This document shows, one piece after another, positions 1 through 10,556 of a DNA stretch of 64,000 bases. The notes under the pieces are model-generated. The model was not told where the DNA came from and did not search any database. It saw only the letters and a list, made by a program, of their open reading frames with translations. The DNA comes from Rhynchopus sp. YZ270_cl-10 (Eukaryota). Numbering within the stretch: the first letter of the stretch is position 1; each line of letters opens with the position of its first letter. The stretch spans positions 930,001 through 994,000 of the forward strand of contig OZ037847.1 of assembly GCA_964035575.1 (NCBI GenBank). The letters run 5' to 3'. A program made the position numbers and the translations under genes.

Positions 1-335
1 AAAGATACACTATGGATGCACTCTGAACCTTGCTGTTGTGCTATGGATGCACTCTGAACCTTGCTGTTGTGCTATGGATGCACTCTGAACCTTGCTTTTA
101 TTCTATGGATGCACTCTGAACCTTGCTTTTTTTCTATGGATGCACTCATCTCCCCCCTTTTGTCCCCTTCCCTTTTTTAAGATACACTATGGATGCACTC
201 TGAACCTTGCTGTTGTGCTATGGATGCACTCTGAACCTTGCTGTTGTGCTATGGATGCACTCTGAACCTTGCTGTTGTGCTATGGATGCACTCTGAACCT
301 TGCTGTTGTGCTATGGATGCACTCATCTCCCCCCT
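1..335. repeat. 31-bp tandem minisatellite (CTATGGATGCACTCTGAACCTTGCTGTTGTG) in a ~178-bp higher-order repeat
   Basis: About 10 full or partial adjacent copies; AAGATACACTATGG recurs at ~2 and ~179; runs off the window start. Confidence 0.95.
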
Positions 336-426
336 TTGCTGTGAATGCTCTGTTTACCGCTCAAAGAGAATAAGAAGAAAGAAATAGAAGAAAACCTCCA
401 ACCCCATTTTTGAGTATCCTCTTGTC

Positions 427-1322
427 AATGGTCATTTTTGGTGGAACCCCCCCTGCGCGTTAGGGGGCCTTAGGGAGGGTACCCAGGGAGGGGGTGGGGG
501 GCAGCAACAGTAAAAACCTAAACACCAGTGTTTAGGAATGTTTTCTAGAATTAGTAAAACTGCCGTCTAACATGAAAAATCAGTATCGCGTACTGATATC
601 CATGAAGTACGTAGGCATTGCAGGTTCGTGGAGTCTTTCACTTCGGCAAGTCAACACTTGGCGGTCTGTTGTATACAAACAATCGCGTTTCCCAGCCCAC
701 ATGGCCAGGTATGGGCCCAAAAAACCACCCAAAAAGGCGAAAATCCCGGTTTTTGGTGAAAATTCCTAAACACTTGTGTTTAGGTTTTTAAGGTTGCTGC
801 CCCCCCACCCCCTCCCTGGGTACCCTCCCCCCGGGTGGGGTACCCAAAAAATGACCATTTCGCGAAAATGCGCCAAAGTGTAAGATTTTTTCGGCATTGG
901 AAAGATTGGGCCAAAAATCCAGTTATTACTAAATTAGATCGCTGAGAGATTTGTTACTAATTCCTAATTTCGTGTCGCGAGTTTACGTGTAAAATGCCTT
1001 AGGAACCGTGCGTTCCTTAAGGATTCTACAGGCAAAACAGGCGATTTTCACGAAAAACCGGGATTTTCACCTTTTTGGGTGGTTTTTTGGGCCCATACCT
1101 GGCCATGTGTGCTGAGAAACGCGATTCTGGGATGTTAGAACCATGTAGAGGCCCTTTTGTGGGTAAAAACAAGCCAAAAACCATGCACAACGTGGTGTTC
1201 TGTGACCAGTCTGATGTTTTAACTAGTTTAAGATCCTTGACGATAGCGTCCGTTTTGTGCCAGAAGATCTCGCTCATCAACCACACGAGCCAGCAGAAAG
1301 TGTTTAGGATTCGCAAAACTAA
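427..1322. mobile_element. Foldback/MITE-like non-autonomous element(s) with interleaved inverted repeats
   Basis: ~427-538 is the imperfect reverse complement of ~764-860; ~682-764 is the reverse complement of ~1043-1126; CCTAAACAC motif recurs; boundaries approximate. Confidence 0.65.
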
Positions 1323-3215
1323 ATGTGTACCTCCGAATTGTTGCAGCCAGACCGTGTGTTGTACAGTTGTGGGGGTGATCTGCTTGACGGAGCGCGTTCC
1401 CTCCTTTGTCAGCTCAACAATGTTGATTTGAACTCGCAGGAATTCAGCAGTCCAAGAAATAGCATGCGAGTCAGCCGACGTCAAGCTTTTTCTGTGCCAG
1501 TCCTGCCATTCCTTGACTGTCGTATACTTCCCATCCGCATTGTCACTGGCGCACGCAGCCTGCGCGAACCCACGCATCGTTGTCGACACTCTTGGTGGAT
1601 CAAACACGGTTTCGCGGAAAAACTCAACGGAGGAGAAGCTGAATGTAGTTGAGCTCGCCGCGAGCAGGGCGGAGAAAAAGCAGCCGTCTGTTCGCGGAAC
1701 GTCCACAGGTTTCCCGGGCTTCTGTTGCAGAACGTCGCGTACAGGGATGTCTCCATGCAACTGCAGTGGTGCATCACTGAGGGGTTGCTGCAAGTCATGG
1801 GCACTTTCCTGCTCATCCTCCTCGCACACTTCCATCGCCAGCCTTGTCTGAAACTCCTCGTCCTCATGCAACTGCAGTGGCGGCACATTGTTGCGTTGCT
1901 GCGGAGGAGGAGGAGGAGAAGGCATGTTCTGGAGAGCATTGCTGCTCGTCCTTTGGTCGAGCTTACCTTCTGGCGAATTCCTCGTTTGCGACTGACCCTG
2001 CCTTTCGTCAAGCAGGCTCCTCGCGAGCGCTGTCTGAAACCCCACGTCCACGTCCTCATGCAACTGCGTAGGCGCATCATGGAGAGGTTGCTGCAACCCG
2101 CCAAACTGCGGAGGAGGAGGAGGAGGAGGAGAAGGTACGTTCTGGAGAGTATTCCTGCTTTGGCGAAGGAGGGAGAAATGACAACCAGAATCGCCATAAT
2201 TTCCTGTTTGGAGGATGACGCGGAGATTTCTCGACTCTCCGTTCATGATACGGCAAACACCGGCTTCGTCCATCAAGACGACCTTCTTGTCGAACACCTG
2301 TGCCAGTGCGTCTATATCTGCATCAACCAGATAATAGCCGCGGGAGACGAATCGCTGCCTGTGCGCAGCTGCACCTGCGCCCTCCCAAAAAAAGCGCCTC
2401 GTGGCTAACTCCACCGCTTGTGTTGTCTGCTCAATTTCAACATTCAAAACATTGAACGATGAGACACCAGCAACGGAATGGAACAGATCCCGAATAGAGC
2501 GAGTCGTTTCATAAGCCTTCACACACACTTCAGGACTTAAGTGTGCACGGAACTCCTCGTACTGCATTTCGCGAACATCTGCAGTGATGACCTTCATGTC
2601 CGCGAAGAACTCCTCAGTGCAGAGATCACGAGTACGCACTAGTTCCAAAATCACGCGCCCGAGATTGTCTTTCGCTTCGTTCAACCGGGCGCTTTCCTCG
2701 GTACAGTACGCTGAAAGCTGTGACCGAACGTCAGACGTCATTCTCTGCCGGGCACACGACACGAACAAATCCATGTGCTGCTCAAGCTTGGACAATGCAT
2801 ACACCCTAGCATAGTACCAAGTATCCCTCCTGAGGTCCGCCACCGCCACACCCTCAGGTGCACACACAATACTGCCATCCAACACGTGCTCGCCCAATAG
2901 CGAATGTAGCGCACATGCCCCGTCTCCCACAGTGTGTATCGCTAGCCGGGCGTGACGTGAGACCTGAACCAGATCCAGCGACGGGCAGTCTTTCTCAAAA
3001 TCGCACATGGGCAATTCTCTGAGTCCATACGCAGAAGACTGTCTCGGATGGCTCATCGAAATCGGAGCAACTTGAAACATGTTCTGCGATAGCAAGTACG
3101 CGCTATCACCCCTCGTAGCACCCGTGGTCTCTGTGGGCGGACGCTCTTGCTCCTCTCTGTGCAACTCGAGACAAGGCTCTGATCCGACCATGGTCGCCCA
3201 TTGTCGGGCGACCAA
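1026..3215 (-). CDS. Tandem OTU-like cysteine protease (deubiquitinase) with UIM-like motifs; C-terminus runs into a repeat element
   Basis: OTU Cys loop TVGDGACALHSL with distal His GCHFSLL; second VPRTDGCFFSAL ... GGTHL; UIM-like EDVDVGFQTALARSLLDE; the last ~100 codons translate the foldback repeat; true start probably an internal ATG (e.g. 3008 or 3080). Confidence 0.65.
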   Translation of the reverse strand: MVARQWATMVGSEPCLELHREEQERPPTETTGATRGDSAYLLSQNMFQVAPISMSHPRQSSAYGLRELPMCDFEKDCPSLDLVQVSRHARLAIHTVGDGACALHSLLGEHVLDGSIVCAPEGVAVADLRRDTWYYARVYALSKLEQHMDLFVSCARQRMTSDVRSQLSAYCTEESARLNEAKDNLGRVILELVRTRDLCTEEFFADMKVITADVREMQYEEFRAHLSPEVCVKAYETTRSIRDLFHSVAGVSSFNVLNVEIEQTTQAVELATRRFFWEGAGAAAHRQRFVSRGYYLVDADIDALAQVFDKKVVLMDEAGVCRIMNGESRNLRVILQTGNYGDSGCHFSLLRQSRNTLQNVPSPPPPPPPQFGGLQQPLHDAPTQLHEDVDVGFQTALARSLLDERQGQSQTRNSPEGKLDQRTSSNALQNMPSPPPPPQQRNNVPPLQLHEDEEFQTRLAMEVCEEDEQESAHDLQQPLSDAPLQLHGDIPVRDVLQQKPGKPVDVPRTDGCFFSALLAASSTTFSFSSVEFFRETVFDPPRVSTTMRGFAQAACASDNADGKYTTVKEWQDWHRKSLTSADSHAISWTAEFLRVQINIVELTKEGTRSVKQITPTTVQHTVWLQQFGGTHLVLRILNTFCWLVWLMSEIFWHKTDAIVKDLKLVKTSDWSQNTTLCMVFGLFLPTKGPLHGSNIPESRFSAHMARYGPKKPPKKVKIPVFRENRLFCL

Positions 3216-4188
3216 GCGACCCGGTCGCTTGGTCGCCCAAAAAAAATTTTTTTTTTTTGGTGACCCTGCGTGAAAAAAAATTTTTTTTTTTTTGTTAGAA
3301 AAAAAAATTTTTTTTTTTGTGATGTCGAAAAAAAAATTTTTGGGTCATATGGCCTTATAAGCAACAAAGGCGAACAAGACGACCATTTCCCCGAGACCCC
3401 GCGACCCGGGTCGCGACCCCCATAAAAAAAAAATTTTTTTTTTTTTTTTGGTCGTTGAAAAAATTTTGCCATTTTTTTTATATTTTTTTTTTTGGAAATT
3501 ATGGAATTCGGTTTTGCCTTACGAACCTTATTTTTTTTTTTGGCCCTTTTTTCCTAGTTCTGGCCCTATCTTTCAAATAAAGCCAGAATTTTCAACTTTT
3601 GAGCCTTTTTAAGGCATTTCCCTGCATTTTTCTGCAAAAAAAGACCACAAGAACGCAATTTGCCTTTGCAAAAATTGAAATTTCGAGACAAAAATGTGAA
3701 AAATTTCACAGTCATAAAAACGCTCAGGAAAATAATCGAGGTCCGTTTTTTGGGCAGAGAATGGCGTTTTAGAGGCCCACATACGGTCAAAACATCAAAA
3801 TTTTGGGTTTTTTTGCACTTTTGGACACCCAAGGACCCACTATAAGGGGTGAATTTTTTCTAGCCTGAGATTTCCCTTTGCGAAAAAATAGTATATTTTT
3901 TCTGGAAATATAGTACTCATATTTCCTGAGGTACCCCCAATGCTGCTGAGCAAGGCTCTGATGAGGCCCAGGCCTCCCGGCCGGGAGGCCCGGCCTCCCA
4001 GGCCTCCCGGCCTCCCAAAAAAAAATTTTTTTTTCCGGTGACATCTGCGGAACTTTTTTTTTTTTTTTCCTTAGGAAAAATTTTCGGGTACTTAGCAAAA
4101 TTCGGCAAAAAAATATGGATTTTGCTTACGTCGCTACTGGACCGTCTGTGGTGGTTTTTTTTGGATTTTTTTTTTTGGATTTTTTTTT

Positions 4189-4442
4189 CCGTGCCATACC
4201 CTGCCATACCCTGCCACACCCTGCCAAACCGTGCCGTACCGTGCCAAACCGTGCCATACCGTGCCAAACCGTGCCATACCCTGCCATACCGTGCCATACC
4301 CTGCCAAACCGTGCCATACCCTGCCAAACCGTGCCAAACCGTGCCATACCCTGCCATACCCTGCCATACCCTGCCATACCCTGCCATACCGTGCCATACC
4401 CTGCCAAACCGTGCCATACCGTGCCATACCCTGCCCTACCCT
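4189..4442. repeat. 10-bp minisatellite CC(G/C)TGCCA(T/A)A
   Basis: About 25 slightly variable tandem copies. Confidence 0.95.
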
Positions 4443-4826
4443 TACTAACCCTCTCAAACCCCCCCAAATCTGCCCAAATCCTCTCAAACCCTCCCAAACC
4501 CAAATGTCCGTGACGTCAACTAGCCTAATTTTCGGAGAGCAATAATTTAGGGATATTCCCTCGCTCGGCTGGACGAGTAAAAAACCGGAAGGTGGATTTT
4601 ATGCTTACCTCATTTAGGGGATAATATTTTTTTTCGAAAAAAAACTTAAAAAAATGGAATTGAAAGCCGTGTTCAAAATCTTTCAATTGCGGCCAGGTAC
4701 GATCAAAAATTTGCATCTGGGGTCCCTTCACCGGTTGGAGAGCCCCAAAAACCAAAACTCAAAAGTGGGTCCAAAAAAACGGCTTGGGGTCTAAAGGGTT
4801 AAAAAAAAAAAAGAAAGTAAAAGAAA

Positions 4827-7800
4827 ATGATAACATCAGATAAGAAACTCAAGGAGATAACTCAAGAGTACACCACCGCAATCAAAGCCTATGAGAAGCA
4901 GATCAACCTCCTCGGTAAGGCAATGACGTCTGGGGTATTGAGTGTTGGTACGATCCAAGCCATACAACAGGATGTCGTTCTAATTCAAGACAAGATCGCA
5001 AATCTCAAGTTGGAACAGAAGAAGGCTCTGGTACCATTTCATGAGGAGAAGGAGAAGGATAAGGTTGTCAAGAAGAAGATCACAGACAAGGAGCTTCTAC
5101 CATTCGTACAAGAAGATATCAAGGATCTGAAGACAGCTGTTGCAAAGGCTAAGAAAGATCTCAAAGGTACCTTCTTCAAGCAGAACAAGTCAAGATTCGT
5201 CAGAGACTTCAAACCTGAACAACAAGGGCAGCTGAATGACATCGAGAAGCAACACAAGGAAGCCAAACGTAAGATTCTTGATGATGCAAAAGAGACACAC
5301 AAGGAAGATATCATTCGGGGGAGGCTTGGAATAAAGAAGGAAGAAGAAGAACAGTCAACTATCACTGAAGACCCCAACCATCTGGAGGAACTTATCGCAA
5401 AAACCGCAGTAAAAGTCATCCATGGAGACAAAGGTACAGATGCCAAGATGATAATAGAGCTCCCTGAACCGCTAGATGAGTACTTCTCTTCAACAATACG
5501 TGCACAATATGACACCATCACCGCATTCATTCAGGGAGACTTAGAAGGCAATCGCACCAAGAAGGTTAAGTTTATCTTGATGGCCATCTTCAGCAAACCA
5601 GACAATGAATCGCCCAAACAAATCAGCAAGGAAGTATTCCTCAACAGTGTACTTGCAACAGACGTACTTGACTTAGATGCAGTTATGAAGCAAGGGAATG
5701 AGCTCTTCAACCGCGATGAAGGGGAGTCAGGTTTATTCTTTGTTGGCTTCAAGTATGTCACGATATTAACCTACAACACACAGATGCAGATTGGTGGTGA
5801 ATATATTGATGTTGTGGAGAGGTTCAGTGCCAACTCCAATCTCAAGAAGAATATTGTGAATGTAAAGAATGATGAATACCCAGAAGTCAACAACGCATGC
5901 TTCCGTTTTGCTGTGATGGCACATGAGCATGACTTCCCGAAAGACGCATCACGAGTGAGCAAGTACTACAAGAAGAAGACTGGATGGATTGAGTCAGATT
6001 ATGATTTTTCTATGTTTACTGACTACACGCTTCCTACAACGGATCAGCAAGTCAAACACTTCCTGAAGGAAAACAAGAACACATCAATTAGCATATATGG
6101 TATTGAAGCCACATCCAACTCCGACAAGACAGGCAAGTTCCATGTGTTGAGGCACGAGAAGTCCCCAAAGGAAGACCACATCAACCTCCTCTTCCATGAC
6201 AACCACTACATGCTGATCAAGAACCTGAGCAAGATGATGGGTGATAATAACAAATATGTGTGCCCCAAGTGTTTGTCAGTCAAGAAGGATACCAAGAAGG
6301 AGATTGATGCCCACCTTGAGTCATGCAACGAGAAACCAACACAGAGAACACAGATGGCAAGGTCTGCTATTATTGAGTTCTCCGAGAACAAGATGAAGAA
6401 CAAAGAGATGAAGCCATTCATTATTACAGCAGATTTCGAGAGCTTCCTAGACACAAGAGACCAGGATACGTCATACAGCAAGACAAAGACACAGACAGGT
6501 AAAGATGAGACAACCATTCTCCAAACCCATCGTGCAGCCTCTTTCTCCCTAAAGCTTGTACCCGACACTTCACTCAACTTTACAGGTAAAACACTTTACA
6601 CATACACACCTTCAGATCAAGATGATGCAGTTGAGTACGAGATTGACTTACTTGGTCAATTCAACAATGCCTGCCAGGAGATAGCCGAGGACGTTGCAGC
6701 ATTCATGACCACAAGCCAGAAGGAGTATGGTAGCATTGATAGTGCATGCACCGCATTTACAGCTGAAGATAAGGATAGACATGAAGAAGCCAAGAAGTGT
6801 GCATTCTGCAACAAGACCTTTAACTTCCAAAACATCAAAGTCAGAGACCATTGCCATTTGACTGGGAAGTACAGAAGGGCCTTGTGCTCTTGGTGCAACC
6901 TCAACAACAAGACAGAGTACAACATCCCCATCTACTTCCACAACGCCAGAGGATACGACAACAACTATATCTTCAAGATGCTGAAGCAGTATGACTCAAA
7001 TGGCGTCAATGTTCTGAACACCAACAGCCAAACAACAATGCTGATCAAGATGGACAAGTACACGAAGGTCAAGGTAAATCATGGGAAGGAGATTAAGAAT
7101 AGGAAGATTTCGTTCCAGGTGAAGGATAGTCTACAAGTCATGTCGTCTTCGTTGGACACGCTGTTGAAGAACTTACCCCATGATCAGAAGGTACATCAGC
7201 TAGACTACATCAAGACCACACACAGGGATATTGACGTGAATGATAAAGGCATGCTTGACCTCTTGTTGGGCAAAGGAGTGTTTCCGTATTCGTACTTCGA
7301 CAGTCCCAAGAAGCTAAGTGGATCACTACCATCGAAAGACCTATGGTATGACTGTCTAAGGCAGGATGACATCAAACAAGAAGACTACGATAAAGCCTGC
7401 AGAGTGTGGAACACCCTAAAGTGCAAGACCTTCAAAGACTACCACGACTTCTACCTCAACATGGATGTGCTTGGTCTTGCAGACGTCCTACAGGCACAAA
7501 GGAAGAACCTCCACACAACACATAAGCTGGACATTTGCCACTACTGCAGTCTCCCGAGCTTCAGCTATGATGCATGGCTACTGAAGCAACAAGAAGATGA
7601 TGTGAAGATGAAGACCCTGAAGGACCCAGAACTATACGAGTTGTTTGAGGATCAAAAACGTGGAGGGTTTACATGCACTGTGAAGAGACACTGCAAGGCC
7701 AACAACAAGCACACAAGGAGCGCAGACAACCAAGGCAAAGAAGGAAACACGCACCTGTTGTACATTGACGCAAACAACTTATACGGGTGGGCTATGTGCA

Positions 7801-9101
7801 AGAAGCTTCCCTACGATGATTTCAAGCTGATGGAATGCAAGAGTTTGGACTCAGGAGCAGAGCTCCATCGAGGGTTAACACCCGAGGAGACTGAGAAGAT
7901 GATTGCCGACTACAACCCAGAGAGTGACACAGGTTATGCTCTAGAAGTTGACCTTGAGTACCCTTTGAGCCTCCACGACAAGCACTGGGACTTCCCTCTT
8001 GCACCATACAATAGGTCTGTTAGAAGTGGAGAGCTGTCAGACTACCAGAGGAAAGTACTTGATGATGAGAAGCATGCAGAGGGTGGGAAGCTTATTGCAG
8101 ACTTCAAAGACAGAGTGAAGCAGACATACAACATTGAGTACTTGCAGTTCCTCCTCAGGCAAGGTCTGAAGTTGACGAAGGTCCACCGCATTGTCTCATT
8201 CAAGCAGGACAACATCATGAAGCCATACATTGACAAGAACAGTGCACTGAGAGCACAGGCCAAGAACGATTTCGAGAAGGACCTGTACAAGTTGCTCAAC
8301 AACTCCATCTATGGGAAGACCCTGGAAAATGTTCGTGGTAGGACAGAGATGAAGAACATCCCTTACGACAAGACAAAGTGGGTGAAGGGGAAGGAGGTTC
8401 CAATGACAGAGGAGGAAATCAAGGAGTACATAGCAAAATATCAAAGCAAACCATTCTTCAACTGCAACACTGTCGACCTGAAGAGTAGCAAGATACTTCA
8501 ATTCATGCAGGGGGACGTCACTCTTGACAAGCCTGTTTACATTGGCTCACAAATCCTGGACTACAGCAAGCTTCTCATGAACAGCTTCTTCTACGACACC
8601 CTCATCCCACATTTCGGAAGAGAGAATGTGACCATGGCCTACACCGACACTGACAGCTTTGTGCTGGAGATAACAACAAAGGATCTTGATGAGGAGCTTG
8701 CCAAGCTGTCTGCAGACTTTGACTTCAGCAACTACCCAACAACCCACGAGCTGCATGACGTAAACAACAAGAAGGTCCCAGGGAAGTTCAAAGATGAGCT
8801 GGCTGGTGATGTGATGACTGAGTTCATTGGCTTGAGGGCAAAGTGCTATGCCTACTCAACGATCAAGAAGAACGACGACAACAAGGCCAAGGGTATAGCA
8901 AAGTCTGTCAGTAAAACTCTCAACCTGGACACCTATCGAAGTACCCTTGAATCCCACAAGAAGCACGTTGTGACGATCAACAGCATCGAGAAGAGGGATC
9001 ATGAGCTGCATACAGTGAGGTCTCAGAAGATAGCATTGAGTGCCTTCGATGACAAGAGGTATATTTGCGAGGATGGAGTTACCACAAAGGCCTACCAATA
9101 A
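4827..9101 (+). CDS. polB: Protein-primed family B DNA polymerase (terminal protein region, vOTU-like protease, Zn finger, exonuclease with HNH/EndoVII-like insertion, polymerase)
   Basis: Exo motifs ADFES and FHNARGYD; Pol motifs YIDANNLYGWAM, KLLNNSIYGK, YTDTDS, KCY, KAKG; CAFC..VRDHCHLTGKYRRALCSWCN insertion; NNACFRFA...DNHYMLI Cys/His pair; intact 1424-aa ORF. Confidence 0.97.
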   Translation: MITSDKKLKEITQEYTTAIKAYEKQINLLGKAMTSGVLSVGTIQAIQQDVVLIQDKIANLKLEQKKALVPFHEEKEKDKVVKKKITDKELLPFVQEDIKDLKTAVAKAKKDLKGTFFKQNKSRFVRDFKPEQQGQLNDIEKQHKEAKRKILDDAKETHKEDIIRGRLGIKKEEEEQSTITEDPNHLEELIAKTAVKVIHGDKGTDAKMIIELPEPLDEYFSSTIRAQYDTITAFIQGDLEGNRTKKVKFILMAIFSKPDNESPKQISKEVFLNSVLATDVLDLDAVMKQGNELFNRDEGESGLFFVGFKYVTILTYNTQMQIGGEYIDVVERFSANSNLKKNIVNVKNDEYPEVNNACFRFAVMAHEHDFPKDASRVSKYYKKKTGWIESDYDFSMFTDYTLPTTDQQVKHFLKENKNTSISIYGIEATSNSDKTGKFHVLRHEKSPKEDHINLLFHDNHYMLIKNLSKMMGDNNKYVCPKCLSVKKDTKKEIDAHLESCNEKPTQRTQMARSAIIEFSENKMKNKEMKPFIITADFESFLDTRDQDTSYSKTKTQTGKDETTILQTHRAASFSLKLVPDTSLNFTGKTLYTYTPSDQDDAVEYEIDLLGQFNNACQEIAEDVAAFMTTSQKEYGSIDSACTAFTAEDKDRHEEAKKCAFCNKTFNFQNIKVRDHCHLTGKYRRALCSWCNLNNKTEYNIPIYFHNARGYDNNYIFKMLKQYDSNGVNVLNTNSQTTMLIKMDKYTKVKVNHGKEIKNRKISFQVKDSLQVMSSSLDTLLKNLPHDQKVHQLDYIKTTHRDIDVNDKGMLDLLLGKGVFPYSYFDSPKKLSGSLPSKDLWYDCLRQDDIKQEDYDKACRVWNTLKCKTFKDYHDFYLNMDVLGLADVLQAQRKNLHTTHKLDICHYCSLPSFSYDAWLLKQQEDDVKMKTLKDPELYELFEDQKRGGFTCTVKRHCKANNKHTRSADNQGKEGNTHLLYIDANNLYGWAMCKKLPYDDFKLMECKSLDSGAELHRGLTPEETEKMIADYNPESDTGYALEVDLEYPLSLHDKHWDFPLAPYNRSVRSGELSDYQRKVLDDEKHAEGGKLIADFKDRVKQTYNIEYLQFLLRQGLKLTKVHRIVSFKQDNIMKPYIDKNSALRAQAKNDFEKDLYKLLNNSIYGKTLENVRGRTEMKNIPYDKTKWVKGKEVPMTEEEIKEYIAKYQSKPFFNCNTVDLKSSKILQFMQGDVTLDKPVYIGSQILDYSKLLMNSFFYDTLIPHFGRENVTMAYTDTDSFVLEITTKDLDEELAKLSADFDFSNYPTTHELHDVNNKKVPGKFKDELAGDVMTEFIGLRAKCYAYSTIKKNDDNKAKGIAKSVSKTLNLDTYRSTLESHKKHVVTINSIEKRDHELHTVRSQKIALSAFDDKRYICEDGVTTKAYQ

Positions 9102-9110
9102 GTCTTCAAT

Positions 9111-9133
9111 ATACATATCTCTGCGATATGTAT
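9111..9133. terminator. Palindromic hairpin between convergent polB and MCP genes (putative bidirectional termination/polyadenylation signal)
   Basis: ATACATATC-TCTGC-GATATGTAT, 9-bp stem; exact reverse complement at 14076-14098 between the other convergent pair. Confidence 0.65.
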
Positions 9134-9149
9134 GTCTCTTATAGCAGTC

Positions 9150-10556
9150 TTACAGCACAGCACTGACCTCTTGCACAATCCCTGTCTTCAGGTTAAAGTC
9201 CACAACCTTATCGTAGTACACCAAACAATACAGGTACATGTCGTAGCTGGCCTCTCTCTCAATGTTAACTGTCAAGGTGTTTGCCTGGGTGCTTGAGACA
9301 CTGTCTTGGTTCAATGTGTTCTGAAGGTCAAAGCAGTACATGGGGTAGTACTTCCAGTCGTTGTAGGAGAGCAGCCCTTGAGTGGTGAATCCCATTCCCT
9401 CAGGATCCTTGTAGGCACTATGCATCTTCATGTACTCCTTGTAGGCAGACTCCCACTTGTTCTTACCCACCTCAATTTCAAGATCCTTGCTTGGCACCTT
9501 GATGCCGTTCAGGTCAACAGAGATCTTCCTCACCATACCACTGTCAAAGCGCGACATATCATGCTCTTGACTTGTTTCCCTGTTTTTCGTTTGGCAGAAG
9601 ATGATTGCACGTTTGATCCTTGTGTGCGACTTGATTGGTACAGGCCAGGAGATGTATGTGTCGCCAGCTGCAAACTCCTTTCTCTGAATTTGTGAAGACT
9701 CAAAGACCGCTTGAACCATACCAGACTTGTTGATGTAGCTGAGAACTCCAGCGAGCGGTGAAGGAGCCAAGGTGACACGAGGCATCCAGATCCTCATACC
9801 ATACCCAACCCAGTTCAAGGCACGGTCACTAACCCCAGAAGAGCGAAGAACTAGAGCACTGTCGTCATTCACCTCAAAGTTGAACTCCATAGGTATGTTG
9901 GTGAACATCTTCTTGTGGTGCTGGAATATGTTGAAGATAAGACTGAGAGGAACCATGCAGTGTATCTCTCTGTTCCCTGTGGTGCGTCTTGCGCGGTGTG
10001 AAGTGCTTGAGTCTCTGTTTGCAGTGTCATTGAACCCATCCACAAAGTCATCATTAACAGCATCTTTCCAAGTGATGTAGTGGCTAAGTAGATTGCTCCC
10101 CACAGTGTCGTCGTATTGATTGGTGAAGTGAATGAGCGACTCTGCATTCATCTGTTGTCCTGCAAAGTTGGGAGTGTCCTCGATGTTGACCCCACCGATC
10201 TTGAGTGACTTCCTTCTGAAGAAGTTGAGAACATTTGACGCGAAGGCAGCTTTGTTATCATCATTGTCAGCAAAGGTCCATGCTTCTGTAGCATCCAGGG
10301 TCTTGTGTGCTGCAAGGTCTTCATACCCGTTACCACCTGCGTTTACCTTTACCATCTTGAAGGACATCTCCAAGAACCCTTCAGAGGGGATGATGTGGCT
10401 GCTCTGGTCAAGAAGGGTGAAGGTGAAGTCCCGCTCGACTCTTCCAAACTGGTTCTGCAGGTTGCTTGACTTCCCAGTGTCTTGGATGGTGATGTAGTCG
10501 TACCCACTGACATCGGAGTGTCTCTTGGTTTTCTCACTCAAATTGTAGAAGCTCAT
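9150..10556 (-). CDS. Double jelly-roll major capsid protein (Polinton-type)
   Basis: 468 aa, beta-rich; Polinton MCP-like segments PSEGFLEM, FFRRKSLKIGGVNIE, VPLSLIFNIF, WMPRVTL, VDLNGIKVP, YPMYCFDL; viral gene context. Confidence 0.85.
   Translation of the reverse strand: MSFYNLSEKTKRHSDVSGYDYITIQDTGKSSNLQNQFGRVERDFTFTLLDQSSHIIPSEGFLEMSFKMVKVNAGGNGYEDLAAHKTLDATEAWTFADNDDNKAAFASNVLNFFRRKSLKIGGVNIEDTPNFAGQQMNAESLIHFTNQYDDTVGSNLLSHYITWKDAVNDDFVDGFNDTANRDSSTSHRARRTTGNREIHCMVPLSLIFNIFQHHKKMFTNIPMEFNFEVNDDSALVLRSSGVSDRALNWVGYGMRIWMPRVTLAPSPLAGVLSYINKSGMVQAVFESSQIQRKEFAAGDTYISWPVPIKSHTRIKRAIIFCQTKNRETSQEHDMSRFDSGMVRKISVDLNGIKVPSKDLEIEVGKNKWESAYKEYMKMHSAYKDPEGMGFTTQGLLSYNDWKYYPMYCFDLQNTLNQDSVSSTQANTLTVNIEREASYDMYLYCLVYYDKVVDFNLKTGIVQEVSAVL

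Noticed and set aside
1..335. CRISPR-like array (31-bp repeats)
   Set aside because: Units are directly adjacent with no unique spacers; no cas genes; eukaryotic context
3917..4545. ORFs across the 10-bp repeat
   Set aside because: Translations of a minisatellite in several frames
4791..4802. piggyBac-like end (AAAGGG-TTAA) or left viral TIR
   Set aside because: No matching TTAA-CCCTTT partner and no inverted match to the right side of the virus found in the window
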